DNA from: Pseudovirgaria hyperparasitica
Taxonomy: Eukaryota
DNA length: 64,000 nucleotides
Assembly: GCA_010093815.1 (NCBI GenBank)
Contig: ML996567.1
Direction: 5' to 3' (one strand)
In this document: piece after piece, positions 37,270-49,956 of the stretch
Layout of the letters: the number at the start of each line of letters is the position of its first letter
Numbering within the stretch: the stretch's first letter is position 1
The notes under the pieces: generated by a model
Databases searched by the model: none
Seen by the model: only the letters and a program-made list of their open reading frames with translations
Told to the model about the DNA's origin: nothing
Made by a program: the position numbers and the translations under genes

Positions 37270-40200
37270 TATTAGGGCTAACACTAGGATAGACTTAACT
37301 AGACTACTATGGTCTAGTACGGTCCGTAATAGGTGGACCTAGGTTAAGCCAGCTAGAATAAGCGAGACTACTATATAAGTAGACCGTATATACTTAATTC
37401 CTACTCTTTAGAAATCAACCTTATTAGAAGAGTAGACTACCCTTTTAAATATATTCCCGAATCCTCCTATGACCTATTAGACTACTATCCTACGTCTATA
37501 ATCCTTATATTTTAATTCCTCTTTATATAGCACGATAGTAGTTTATAGAAATAGCTCTAACCACTCGTTATAATACTCGTGGCACTACCTCTTATAGTAG
37601 ACCTTCTTCTAATCTAAACGAGGAGAATAGTCTACCTATAACTACCCCTACTAATAACTATACCTTATAGACTATTATACTAATAACTCGTACGATATTC
37701 CGTATAACTATAGAAGATATTATAGAATATAAGGATAGAGTCTATTATACTCTATCTTGGTCTAGTTTAAACTATACTAGACCTAACCTTAATACGAGGC
37801 TAGATCTTATTAATATTAACGAGTTAATCTATTAGAATCGCCTAACGTTAACTATACCTTATAATAATATATATACTAGACTACACGAAGAGAGGTAACG
37901 ATAGATTTAACTTAAGTAATAACTACGCGAACTTAACGAAGCTTAAGGATATACTATAAGACTTAAAGCTATATTACGCGCTTTAGTTCTAGTAATAACT
38001 AATCTATATTTATATAGACCTATACTAACTAAAACGATCCATCCTAGTCTACTACTATCCTAATTACCCTAACCTAAGAAACTACCTTACTTCGATAGTA
38101 AAAGTAGAAAGAGTTTCTATATATAGACTTACTAATATAGCCGATTCTTCTATCTATTCACGAACGATAGTAATAAAATTAGATTCGCCTAGAACTACCT
38201 TAACCTAACGCCTTTAGAACGTTAGATGGTATACTAAATCGAATATTCTAAGGATACCTATAACTAGAACACGTTCACCGAATTTCTCCTCTAATATTTT
38301 AGTAATAGAGCTAAACGACGCGACTAGGCCTAGGGCTATATCTTTAAGACTTAATAACGAGATAATTAGTTACCGTTATAACTTCTTAAATACCTTCGGC
38401 CTCTCTAGAGAGAAGCTAAAGAAGACTATATAATCTAATAGTACGACGACTTTAAACGGTCCCTCGCCCTAAATATAAAGGACCGTCTTAATCTTATAAT
38501 AATAATCTCTATAGACCTCTAAGCTCTTATAAACCTCACGGAGCGATACTAGTATATAATGAATAATTAACGCCGCGCTAGTATATGACTATCCCTAATA
38601 ATCTAATCTAACGTAAAATCGTCTAACTAAAACCGATTTAGTAATAGATCTCGCGGGACGTTATAAGGCTACTACTACGCCTTAAATTTAAAACCACGCG
38701 GATTATATTATAGATCTCTCTACTAATTGATATATTAAGATATAAGGACTAACTCGTATAAACGACCTAAAGTTACTTACTATACCTATAGTAGAATAGG
38801 CTATATAGTACCTAAGTACCGTTTAGGGAAGCCACTAAGTGCTAATATAACTAACTAACTAGTTATATACTATAAGTACTAGTAGCTAGAATACATCGCG
38901 CCTAACTACCTAGCATAGAATATAAAAAACTAATAGCCTATAAGAAACCCTCGCGACTTATAGGCGCGACTATAATAGAGGGGTAATCCGCTAAATAGTA
39001 TATCGAACTATAGGCTAGACCTATTAAGGTCCCTCGTGGATAATATTAGACTATAATACTTAATAGTAGGTCGGCTACTAACGTTATATCAATCTAATAA
39101 GCACGAGAACTTAACGCTAATATCTAAGCTCTAATAGGTACTATATTCTATAGTATTAACGGTCCTATTAAGTTATACGGTATCTATACTATTAAATACG
39201 GTATCTAGGATAGCGGAGGGAAATAGAAACTCTACTACTTAACCTTTATCGTAGTAGATAGTCCCTTTAACATGATCCTAGGTATACTATAGCTTAAGAA
39301 ATATAACCTAAAACTAGACTTCCTTAAGAAGATAGCTGGCTAGCGTATAAACCTACCTTAATAGGAACTAGTATAGCTTATTAACGACGAATAATTCTAG
39401 AAAGATTACGAGAAGGCGATCTCTACTATCTACGTACTCTTACTTATATAAAATAGTAAGCTTAGTATTAAAGTAGACGAAAACCTACTATATTAGTATA
39501 AAATATACTAATATATTATATTAGCGATCGATTCCTTTAAACTATCTTAATACTAATCTACTAACCTTACTATTAATCTCGAAGACGGCTAGTAACCTCT
39601 ACATAGACCTATCTACCCTCTTTTAGGACCTAAGTTATAAGCCCTTTAAGAATATATCGAAAAGAACCTTACGTAAGGATAGATTAGGCCTAGTATATCT
39701 CTAGCTAGAGCTCTAATCCTCTTTATAAAGAAGAAGAATAGGAGCCTCTATCTATGTATCAACTACTATAGCCTAAATAATATTACGTAAAAGAATCGTT
39801 ATCTACTACCTCTTATCTCCGAGTCTATTAATAGACTAGAATGTATAAAGATCTTTACTAAGCTCGATCTACGTAACACCTACTATCGCCTTTATATTAA
39901 GGAAGGCGATGAATAGAAAACGGCTTTTAGAACCCGTTATAGATACTTTAAGTATACTATAGTCCCTTTTAGACTAACTAACGCGCTAGGTACCTTCTAA
40001 GTATATATTAATAACGCGCTAGTAGGCCTACTTAACACGACATATATCGTGTACCTAGATAATATCCTTATCTTCTTAGATAATAAGGAGAAGTATATCT
40101 AGCACGTACGTATAGTCCTAGATAGGCTAGAAAAGTATAAGCTATATATTAAGCTATCTAAATGTAAGTTCCATTAGAACTATATTAACTTTCTTAGCTT

Positions 40201-43200
40201 CGTTATTACTAATTAAGGTATAACCATAGAGAGAGATAGAGTTACTACTATTATAGACTAGCCTAAACTAAAATCCGTTCGAGATATATGTGTCTTTATT
40301 AGCTTCGCTAACTACTACCGAAAATTTATTAAATACTTCTCCCGTTTAGCCGCACCACTTAATACACGTACTATTACTACTAACTTATCTATTATAGTCC
40401 GTAGTAGATAGAAATAGCGTAATATTAAATTATAACCTATTAAATTAACTAAGGTTAAAAGAACATCCTTTAAGAAGATTAAAGAAGTATTTATAACCGC
40501 CCTATTACTAGTATACTTCGACCTAACTAAACCTATTTACGTCGAAACTAATATATTAGAATTTATAATCTTAGGTATACTCTTCTAGCCTAGACTAATA
40601 GAGTCTAAAAAGATCTAATAGTATCTAGTTATATTCTTCTCGCGTAAGATAGCCGACGTCGAGACTAGATATACTATTTATAACTAAGAGCTACTAGTAA
40701 TAGTAGAGTCGTTTAAGTAGTAGCGATATTATCTTAAAGGTACTATATATAATATTAAGTTACTAACTAATTACTATAACTTAAAGGGATTTATAAGCAC
40801 AATAGTTTTAAATCATCAATAGGTTCAATAGGCTAAGTAGCTTATAAATTTCTACTTTATAATCTACTATTAACCTAGAAGTATAAACCTAGCTAATAGA
40901 ATATTAAGAAGACCTAACTATAAAGAAGGCGCCTAGAATTATAGTAGCTATAGGGTCCTAGAGTAGCTATAGGCCTAACTCTTAAGGATAAGGTTAGATA
41001 ATAAGTTATCTAATAATTAGCGAGATGCTAACGCTAATACTAGTAATTAAATTTATAAGACCGAAGCCGGTAACTAAAGACACGGTACCGAAGTCTCTAG
41101 CGAGCCATTTATCGGCGCTATTAGAGAGGGCGATAGTACCTAGCGTGTATATTAAGTAGATCTTACCTAGTTAATCGTGGATCTATAAAAGATAGACCTA
41201 ATAGTTTTAAAGTTACGTAAAATATAGTAAGATAGATTATTACGGACCGAAGTAGACTATAAGTAGACCTTCGTAGATAGCTTACTCTACTATAATAGAA
41301 AGTACTATATACTAACGGGTAATATATAATTTACTATAGTTAGCTAATACCATAACGCTAACCTAGTAGAATATTTCGGGTATATACGTACCCTAAGCTT
41401 AATTCGTTAGTACTATTTTTAGAAAGATATATCTAAGTACGTCGAAGAATGGATAGCTACTTATCCGATTTATTAAAGAATAAAGGTATCTAGGTATAAG
41501 CTATATAGAAACTTATAGCCTCTACTAGTCCCCCTCTTTATATAGAAAGATATTACTATAGATTTTATAGTTAACTTACCTCTAAGTAAGATACTTAGAA
41601 TAAGTTATAATTTAATTCTTATTATCGTAGATAGACTTATAAAGATATCTAGGTACGTCCCTATATAGAAGACGATTACATTAAAAGAACTAGTATAAGT
41701 ATTCTAGAATAAGATTATTAAGGTCTATAGTATACTAAAAAGAATCGTTACAGACCAAGGAAGTATATTCACATCTAAATTCTAGATATTATTCTATGAA
41801 ATGGCCGGTATAAATAGAAATATGTTAATAGTATTCCATCTATAAATAGATAGTTAGATAGAGCGATAGAACTAAACGCTCGAGGCCTACCTTCGTGCAT
41901 TCTATAATTTTAAATAAGATAACTAGGCCTCTCTACTAAGTATAGTAGAATTCGCGTATAATAATAGTTATTATAGTATAATAGGTATTACGCCCTTCTA
42001 GGCGAACCTAGAACGTAGTCTAAGAATAGGTTTCAAACCTTACACGGTCTAGTTCGACCAAACGATAGATATTAACATCCACGCGTAGGAACTAGTAATT
42101 AAAATCTTTAAAACCGCACGTAACTATCGCGTAATAATCTAGTAAGTAAATAAGTTATATATAAAGTACTATAATAGATTAGTTAAAGATTAAGCGTATA
42201 AGGAGGGAGACGAAGTCCTTCTTAACGTCTATAATATATAAATATTATAAGTAAATAAAAAGCTTAATTATAAAATGGCTAGTCCCTTCCGAATTAAACG
42301 TTATATTAGTATAAGAGTCTATAAGCTTAACCTAGGAAATGATATAAAAGTCTATAATATATTCTACGTCTTATTACTTAAAAGGTTTTAATCTAATGTG
42401 TATAAACGTACGAACGTATAATTATACTTTATTATACTCTAAGATAGACTAGACGTGTATAAAGTAGACTATATTATCGAACATAGGCTTAATAAGAACG
42501 GTATCTAAAAGTATCGAATCTATTAGAAGAACTATACTAAGGATAAGGATACCTAGGAACCTACGGTATATATCTTAAGTACCGCGATAGCTATATATAA
42601 ATAGAGGTTATAGGATAACACGTTACTACCGTAAACCTAGCGCTATCGGGGCCGTTATAAAAAGAAGAAGGATACCGTAGAGAACGAAGTATCGAATTAC
42701 GAATCCTAAATGTACACTAGGAAAACTCTATAAGGCAGCCCTATAATTTAAGCGATGTACGGTTACTAAACGCGAAGAAAACGTAAATAACCGTTATAGA
42801 CACGCGACGCGATATATTATAATAGAATAATATAGAGAAGTCTAGAATAGACTAATATAGACCATTATATATGAGAAGAATATAGGACTAAGAAACTAAA
42901 AAGGTACTCTACTACGGAATTAAACTCGTAATATATAATATAAAAGGTTAGAGTACCCGAACTAATAACTACTAGGCTACTAGTTTAGGTACTCTAATAT
43001 AATTTAGAGAGATAAACTAATTTATATATAATATCTACACTTAAGTAACTTAAAGAAAATTAGAACCTAAAATTTAATAGTTATAGAATAAATAAGAACA
43101 TATATAATATTATTAAGTTAAGAATTAAATTACTAGAAAACTAGTAGACGGGTATCTAAACGGTCTAAAAAGGACTAAAACGGATAGAAACCAGGTAGAT

Positions 43201-45280
43201 AGAGCTAATATATACTATATAGAAACCCTAGTAAATAGAGCCATAGAGCTACTTCTCTATCTTATTATTACTCTTAGAGTATAGTAAATAAACTAACCGA
43301 GTAATAGAGCGACGGAGGTTAGAGACCTTATTCTCTAGAGTAACCACGCGCTCGGTTAGAGCCTAGTAAGATAATAACTAAGCGCTAGAGCGGAGCGACT
43401 AGACCTAAAGTTAGCTAACACGGTCTAGAATAATCTAGAATAGAATATATACCCTCTTATAAGGTGACTTAGAAGGAGAACTAGTAGATCTCTTATAAGA
43501 CCCGTTAGTAGTATGAGGTGGGCGGGAAGGAATAGTACGAATCTCTTCTACGGCCTTAGTAGCTAAAACTAACTCCCTAGAATAGGTAGCCTAAGCGCTA
43601 GGAATCTCGCGGCGACTAAAAATTATAAGCTAAGGTTAATAATAATTAACGGTTTCTAAACTTATACTTTAATAACCTCTAGAAAGAGCTTATAGCGCTC
43701 CCTAAACTCTCTACGTATAGAAGCTAGATAACTACTAGAACTACCGAGAGTCTCGCGAACGCGAAGATCGTTATATATATCTTATATATAAATAGAAACC
43801 TAAAAACGTATTAGTATAGACGACTTTAGATTACCCTAGACTAAAATAGCCTAATAGACTTATCTAAAGATAAACTTTACTAAGGACGGTATAGCGGCGG
43901 TAGCGGGTAGAGAGCTTAAAGATTAGGTGTATAGGCCCGTTACGAGTAGTAGAGTAGTAGCTAATACTAGAGTTAGAGTAGAAGAGATATTTAGAGCTAG
44001 TGGCGTAAGCCTTAATATACTTAAAGTATATTAAACCGTAGTTCGCTATTTTTCTATAGCGTAAACCGCGACTATGTTTAGTATCTTCGGCGACCTAGGC
44101 CTTATTATTACTAGGGCTAGGTTTAGAGTAAATATTAAGGTCCTAAAAGAACCTAGAGCGACTAAGTTAGTCTATATTAGACCGAAAAGAGGAATAGTAT
44201 TTAGAGTAAGGCGGCGAAGGCGTGAACTCTCGATTATCGTCTATAATAAGATCTTCTTTATCCTCTAAAGGAGGTAGAGTAGATAGATAGTATAAGTAGG
44301 TGTAGATAGGCTTTATAGCCACCTCTTCCGTAATACTAGTACTAGGATTACCTAGATTAGAGCGACTAGTGGCCACGTTAGTAGTAATAGTAGTAGTAGC
44401 CTTAGCTACCTTCTTCTCTAACTTAGAGCGCGTCTTTATACTACTATAATAAGTAGATTTTTTAGCCGGTATAGCTAGAGTAGAGATAATTCCTTTAGAG
44501 CGAGTCTTATAAGAGGAGGAGGTAGGCTTAGAAATAGGACTAGTATTAGATATCTATATACACACGTTAGCTAGAGATCTAAGAGTAGAATACTTGTTTA
44601 GTCTTAAAGGTAATTAAAGAAGCTAAATTAGTAACTATAATAACGCGAATAGATTATATAGGACCAGCTCTAATAAAAATAGACCACTCTAGACCCGAAC
44701 GGATCTAAACTAAAGGAGATAGTATACGAATTAACGACTTACCTTAAGAGTAAGGTAGATATACTAGAGAAGAAAATTTAGAATAAGAGAACTAAATATA
44801 AGCTTAGTTAATATAGCGGTTATATAACCCGCGGAGCTATCTCTAAGGTAGTAGCTATAAAGTAAGAGATAAGCGCGTATATAAATAAAAGTAAACTAGA
44901 GCTTAAGTTTACTAATATAAAGACTATTAATAATATTATATGGATTTAATTAGATACGCGTATAAACATAACACTTATAGAATTACAGATTTATATATAG
45001 CTAAGTACTTTAGGGCGAAGCATAAAAAGAAGAAGGATATTATTAGGGCTAATACTAGGATAGACTTAACTAGACTACTATGGTCTAGTACGGTCTATGA
45101 TAGGTGGACCTAGGTTAAGCTAGCTAGAATAAGCGAGACCACTATATAAGTAGGCCGTATATACTTGATTCCTACTCTTTAGAAATTAACCTTATTAGAA
45201 GAGTAGACTACCCTTTTAAATATATTCCCGAATCCTCCTATAACCTGTTAGACTACTATTCTACGTCTATAATCCTTATA
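37270..45280 (+). mobile_element. Full-length Ty3/gypsy chromovirus element 3 (8011 bp, type-1 LTRs)
   Basis: 240-bp LTRs at 37270-37509 and 45041-45280; 5-bp TSD cttta (37265-37269, 45281-45285); two gag CCHC knuckles ~38775-38910; aaaaaac slippery site 38924-38930; RT VYLD[D]ILIF ~40050; integrase; chromodomain (YKVDYI..HR..Y.I.[W]K.Y..D.DT[W]EP) ~42460-42570; PPT aaaaagaagaagga. Confidence 0.95.
43249..44553 (-). pseudogene. Copy 3 of the antisense spliced Cys6/coiled-coil gene (in element 3)
   Basis: Reverse-complement homolog of 11710-13016; includes the listed ORF 44167..44376; diverged in the 3' half but collinear. Confidence 0.65.
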
Positions 45281-48200
45281 CTTTACTATAGAGTATATAA
45301 CGAATATTAGGAAACCGAACGGTATTACCTATATTAGGTATTCTATGTGACCTTATATATAAAGCTTATTATATATCTTATTAATAATGGTCTTACCGCT
45401 TGCTCCTAACGGGTAGATACGGTAGCTTAGCTTTATACTAGCCGTTTTCTAGTTACTTACTAGGGGGATATATATCTAGTCTTTCTCTAGGATGTTTATA
45501 AGTCTAGTATTATAAAATAAGGTAGCGTAACTTTAGATAATCTTATTAAACATCTAGGTAGTCGCTTCGTCTTTAGCGTAAATTTTTATACTAAACGCGT
45601 CTATCTATTTAACTTTATTAAGCCGAGTAAGCTTTATAGATAATCCCTCCGTACTATCTAAAGGGACTACTTTAGTCTAAAATATATAGAGGGCGTCTAT
45701 TTCGTCTATTAATATACTAAGTCTTATATTTTTATTTATATATACTAATCTAAATCCACGGTTTACGATAAATATATATACTATATTTTAGTTAGTAAGA
45801 TATATATAGACGCCTCTACTCTAACCAAGCCTTATACTTACGTATATTAGGGTAAACACGTAATCTTCTATAACTAATTCATGCTAGCAACGGATTATAA
45901 TTAGAACTAGTATAAGTGTTCGTAGCTAGAGGACGGTATACTATGAAACGGTTACTCCCCGGTATACTACTAGTCGAATAGTAGTAGTAAAGGTTAGTAT
46001 AGTAATCCCGCTATATATACTAATAGTTATTATATACGTGCTTATATAGATATCTATCTTCTAAGATACTATAATATCGGTTCTAAGAAGGAGACCTACC
46101 TATAGACGGTTAAGAATATATACTTCATATATTACTTTTATAATTATAGTAGTTAAACCGTTAGACGTTTAGCCCGGGAGGAATAGCGTAATAACTATAA
46201 ACTTAGTTAACTTTATAGGCTTAACTCCCTCTACTCCTTAAATAGAAATAGCTAGTTAGATAAGTATTTAGGTATTAAGGTTCTACCGTTTAAGAAAGGC
46301 TTAGTTAATTAGCGTTACTACGCTTTCTATATCTAGATAGATACGTTTAACGGGGCCGTTAAGACTAAGCGAGGCCTCGACTTAGATATAGTATAATCCT
46401 TTATACGCTCGGCCGGTGCCTAGTAGATTACTAACTAATAATAGTACCACGTTACCCTAGATATTATAATATACGACGTCTAATCTTAGGACTATATAAT
46501 TACATAGGGGAACCTTAGCCTTTACTATCGTCTTAAGGTACTTTCTATCCTTAAGGTACTTAAATAGCTTATTTCGCGATAGAAATACCTTATTATAAAC
46601 ATTATATTAGATCTAGCGTACTAGACGTGTATTAGTTACTTAGTACGCTACGAACTACAAAGGTAGACTCTTATTAATATTACTAGGCGGCGGGTTAAGG
46701 CTAGCGAGGCCGGTTTCGTTACTAAACTACACGAGTTTAATAGTGTCCGTATTAGTTAGCCTAAGGTAGAAGAAAGCTTCTTTAACCCCCGTATAGTAAG
46801 TATCTTTAATATCTAGGTTATATAATCCTTCCTAAATATTATACGCCTAGTAGAATAGTTATAGTAGTTAGGTAAATCGTCTATTATTACCGAGAGACCG
46901 AGGCTAGCCGGTATAGGGCTTATTAGTCGTTCTAGAACCGGTAGAATAATCTATAGAAGTACTAGTTATGGCTAGTAGCTAATGTACGTTAGCTAATACC
47001 TTTCGACCGCCTTTATCTAAATCTTCTAACCCTTATTAGAACTATTATAGAGGGCGGGGCTAGTACGAGTTATAGCGTCGATTAGATTAATTAGTTATAA
47101 GATAACGGCTATTAGGCTAGCTCTAGTCTTAAGAGTTACTAAACGGTTAAGGTAAGTTATAGCGATAAGAGCTATTATATTAACTATCTCCTCTTCCTTA
47201 TTAAGTAAATTAACTTAAAGTACCGCGCTATATACCCCTAAGGTAATAGTAGGCGAGTTAGTACTATTCTTTGCATTTTATCTATAGAGTTTATATAAAT
47301 TAGGCTAGAGACATAGATTCTATTAGTAGAGGTAGACCCTAGTAAAGGAGAATATTAATGCCGTTCCATGTAAACGTCTAAGCGTTTTAGCTAGAAGGGC
47401 CTAATAATTATATAGTACTATAGTTATAAGCTATAGTATATACGTATAAAGTAACGTTAGTTTAGAAGCGGGCCTATTAGAGAGTATATCTTCACGTTAT
47501 AAGGGATGATAGAGCGTTAGATAACGGCTACTTAAACTACTTAATTAAGGCCGTAGTCTAGGCGTCTAAACTAGGTAAGTAATAGAGCGCCTCCTTCTTA
47601 AGATTGGATAAACCTAATATAAATTACTCGAGGGCATATCCTCGTAGATACTAAGAGATTTTTAACTTAATAGTTTCGGTTTCTCTAGCCGTAGTAGCGT
47701 CTTTAATCTAGTTAAGGAAAATATACACGCTATATATATATATGTCCTAACTAGTAAAAACGATATCTCTATCTCCGAAGCTACGATCTAAGTTAGGTTA
47801 GAAGAATCTAATTTCTTATATTCTAAACCCTCGACCGTCTTCGTTATCGTTAAACGGTAGGTTTTTACTACTATCTATTAGGTTTTAGTTATTATCTCGT
47901 GAACTACCCGCCCGCTAAGTAAGAGCCTACTAGATTATAGCTATAATTATAGCTTACTACCTTACCGTAAAGTCCCTATTACTAGTTATTAGAGCCCTAG
48001 CTAGCGTGCTACTATTACCGGCGTCTATATCTATCTAACGTGGTATAGTATATTCTACTAAAGTGCTAGCACGTTTAGGGTGGTCGGATGTAGTAGCGTC
48101 CGTGCTAGAGCTTACTATATAATTAACCGAGTCCGATAAGCTTAAGAAAGCCCTAGGGAGCCTAGTAGTTAAAGGGTACTAAGCTCGAATTAACGGGTTA

Positions 48201-48979
48201 TTTAGGAATAAGTTATACGCCTCTTATAATACTAGGCGATTTATTAACTACTATAGTAGAAAAGACTTAGTAGCTAGCCTTCTACTTTGTAAGGAACGTT
48301 CTAGAGTAGAGGGCGGTAGATAGTTAGTAATAAGATAATTAAGTACTATCTTAAGTAGCGGTAGATTTCTAAACGTCTATTAATTAACTTATCTATAACT
48401 AAATAGTTAATGCCCTAGAAGAACTAAGTCCTCTAGTAGTAATATAAGCTATTATTATGAGCGGCTAGTAAGAGTATAGGAAATATAAAATCGCTAGTAT
48501 CTGGTATATAACGGAAAACTTTTAAGCTAAATAGTAAGATACGGAAGTAACGGAGTCGTAGATACCTAGTTTAATCTATATATAGTTTTATAACTAGTAA
48601 ATAGAGCGTTCTCGAGCTCTAGAGAGTTAAGTTTATAGTAATATAACGAGTCTATTCTACTTATACCGTATACTAGAAGGAGGACATTTTACTAGCCTAT
48701 AATAAAGTAGTTAGTATAGGTAGTATAGTAAGGAGGAGGTCGCTTAAACTAGCGATTATTCTATTATTACTATATTAACTAAGATAGCCTAGTAAAGAGG
48801 ACTTAGTGTTCGAAGTATACGAACTAGTAGGTACTAGCTTTTAGCTACTACTTTATTAAGATTATTAATAAGTTAAGTTATATTAGTTATAAAGTATACT
48901 ATTTTCTATATATATATCCGGTCGGTTGTATTTATATAAACGACCGGTTCGCAACTACCTATATTAATTATACATGGTG

Positions 48980-48989
48980 TGTGCTACTA
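48980..48989 (-). promoter_or_regulatory. Putative tRNA-iMet primer binding site of element 4
   Basis: Minus strand tagtagcaca, 1 nt from the LTR; de-RIPs to tggtagc..., the start of the Ty1-type iMet PBS. Confidence 0.5.
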
Positions 48990-48990
48990 C

Positions 48991-49183
48991 TGTAGCTATA
49001 ACACCAGCTAACTTGGCCAGGCGTGATAGGCAGTGAACGGTCACGTGCTAAACAGATTGGCGCCCCTTTATATATATACTCTCTAATTACCACCGAAAGG
49101 GTTTGGTAGTAATTCGTTCTATGATAGAATACACCCTATTATTCTATCTAGCTACACTACTATCTAATTACTCTATTCTTACA
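48991..49183 (-). repeat. 193-bp 5' LTR of element 4
   Basis: tgta...taca termini, adjacent PBS-like motif, duplicated immediately to the right. Confidence 0.75.
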
Positions 49184-49385
49184 CTAGATCTATATATATC
49201 TTAGCTAACTTAGTTAGAGATAGTATAATAGATAGTAAATGGTTATATACTAGGTAGATTAGTACCTCTTTATATATATACTCTTTAATTACTACTAAGA
49301 GAGTTTAGTACTAATTTATTCTAGAATAGAATATACTCTATTATTCTATCTAGCTATACTACTATCTATTTACTTTATTCTTATA
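49184..49385 (-). repeat. Second, more heavily RIPped tandem copy of the element-4 LTR
   Basis: Aligns to 48991-49183 mostly by C->T and G->A changes; ends ttcttata (from ttcttaca). Confidence 0.75.
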
Positions 49386-49580
49386 TAGATAGTAGATTCT
49401 TAGATTAAGAGAGAGATATTACTAGAGAAATTTAGGGTATTATAATATAGAGTTAGTTATAATATAAGACTAGAAGAAAGTAGCTATAACTTAGATCTAC
49501 TATAATATAAAAGTGTCTTACTATATATATTACGAAAATAAGCGCTGTATCCTTATAACTTCATTCGACTAGGCGATACC
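49386..49580 (+). pseudogene. RIPped duplicate of the hydrolase 3' end and downstream sequence (3229-3425)
   Basis: tagatagtagattcttagattaag...aagcgctgtatcctt...aggcgatacc aligns to caggcggtgggttcttggattgag...aagcgctgtatcctt...aggcgatacc. Confidence 0.88.
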
Positions 49581-49956
49581 AAATCAAGGGCCGACAACTC
49601 ATTAATCTCATATAGTACTTCGAGATATCTCAAACCCGAACGTTACAATCTCGTACCTGCGAAAGCCTTGATTATATAGACTCTTGTAGAACAATGTTCA
49701 GTTAATAGAAGCTCTCGCATTTACTCGAGAAACCATCCATTCATACGTAAGCTTAGTGGCTCTTCTTAAAGACCTTTGTTCAATCTAATGCTTTAGCACT
49801 CCTGATGAAAGATATCTATTCCTTGCATGCTCGTTGCTGTTCTCTCTTGCTCTTGCGAATTGTGCTAATTCAGAGTTTGTTCCCACTCCTTTGGCTTCTT
49901 CTGTGTCGTTTGACTCCTCCTTTGTCCTTTGGCGTGTCCTTTGGCTTGTCTTTCGA

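Larger units (their letters stand above)
27052..49183 (-). mobile_element. Outer Ty3/gypsy element 4 (different family), split by LINE copy 2 and element 3; 3' LTR absent
   Basis: De-RIPped minus-strand motifs: gag EIGFF.P..D and ISQCLRGYALEW (47600-47830), RT FISIVD.ASFFYQWPV (~37100) and VYI[D]DIL (~36920), integrase DRDRKF (~30010) and QS[D]GQSERTNQTVE (~29900), chromo-like end ~29170-29290. LTR tgta...taca at 48991-49183. Confidence 0.85.
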
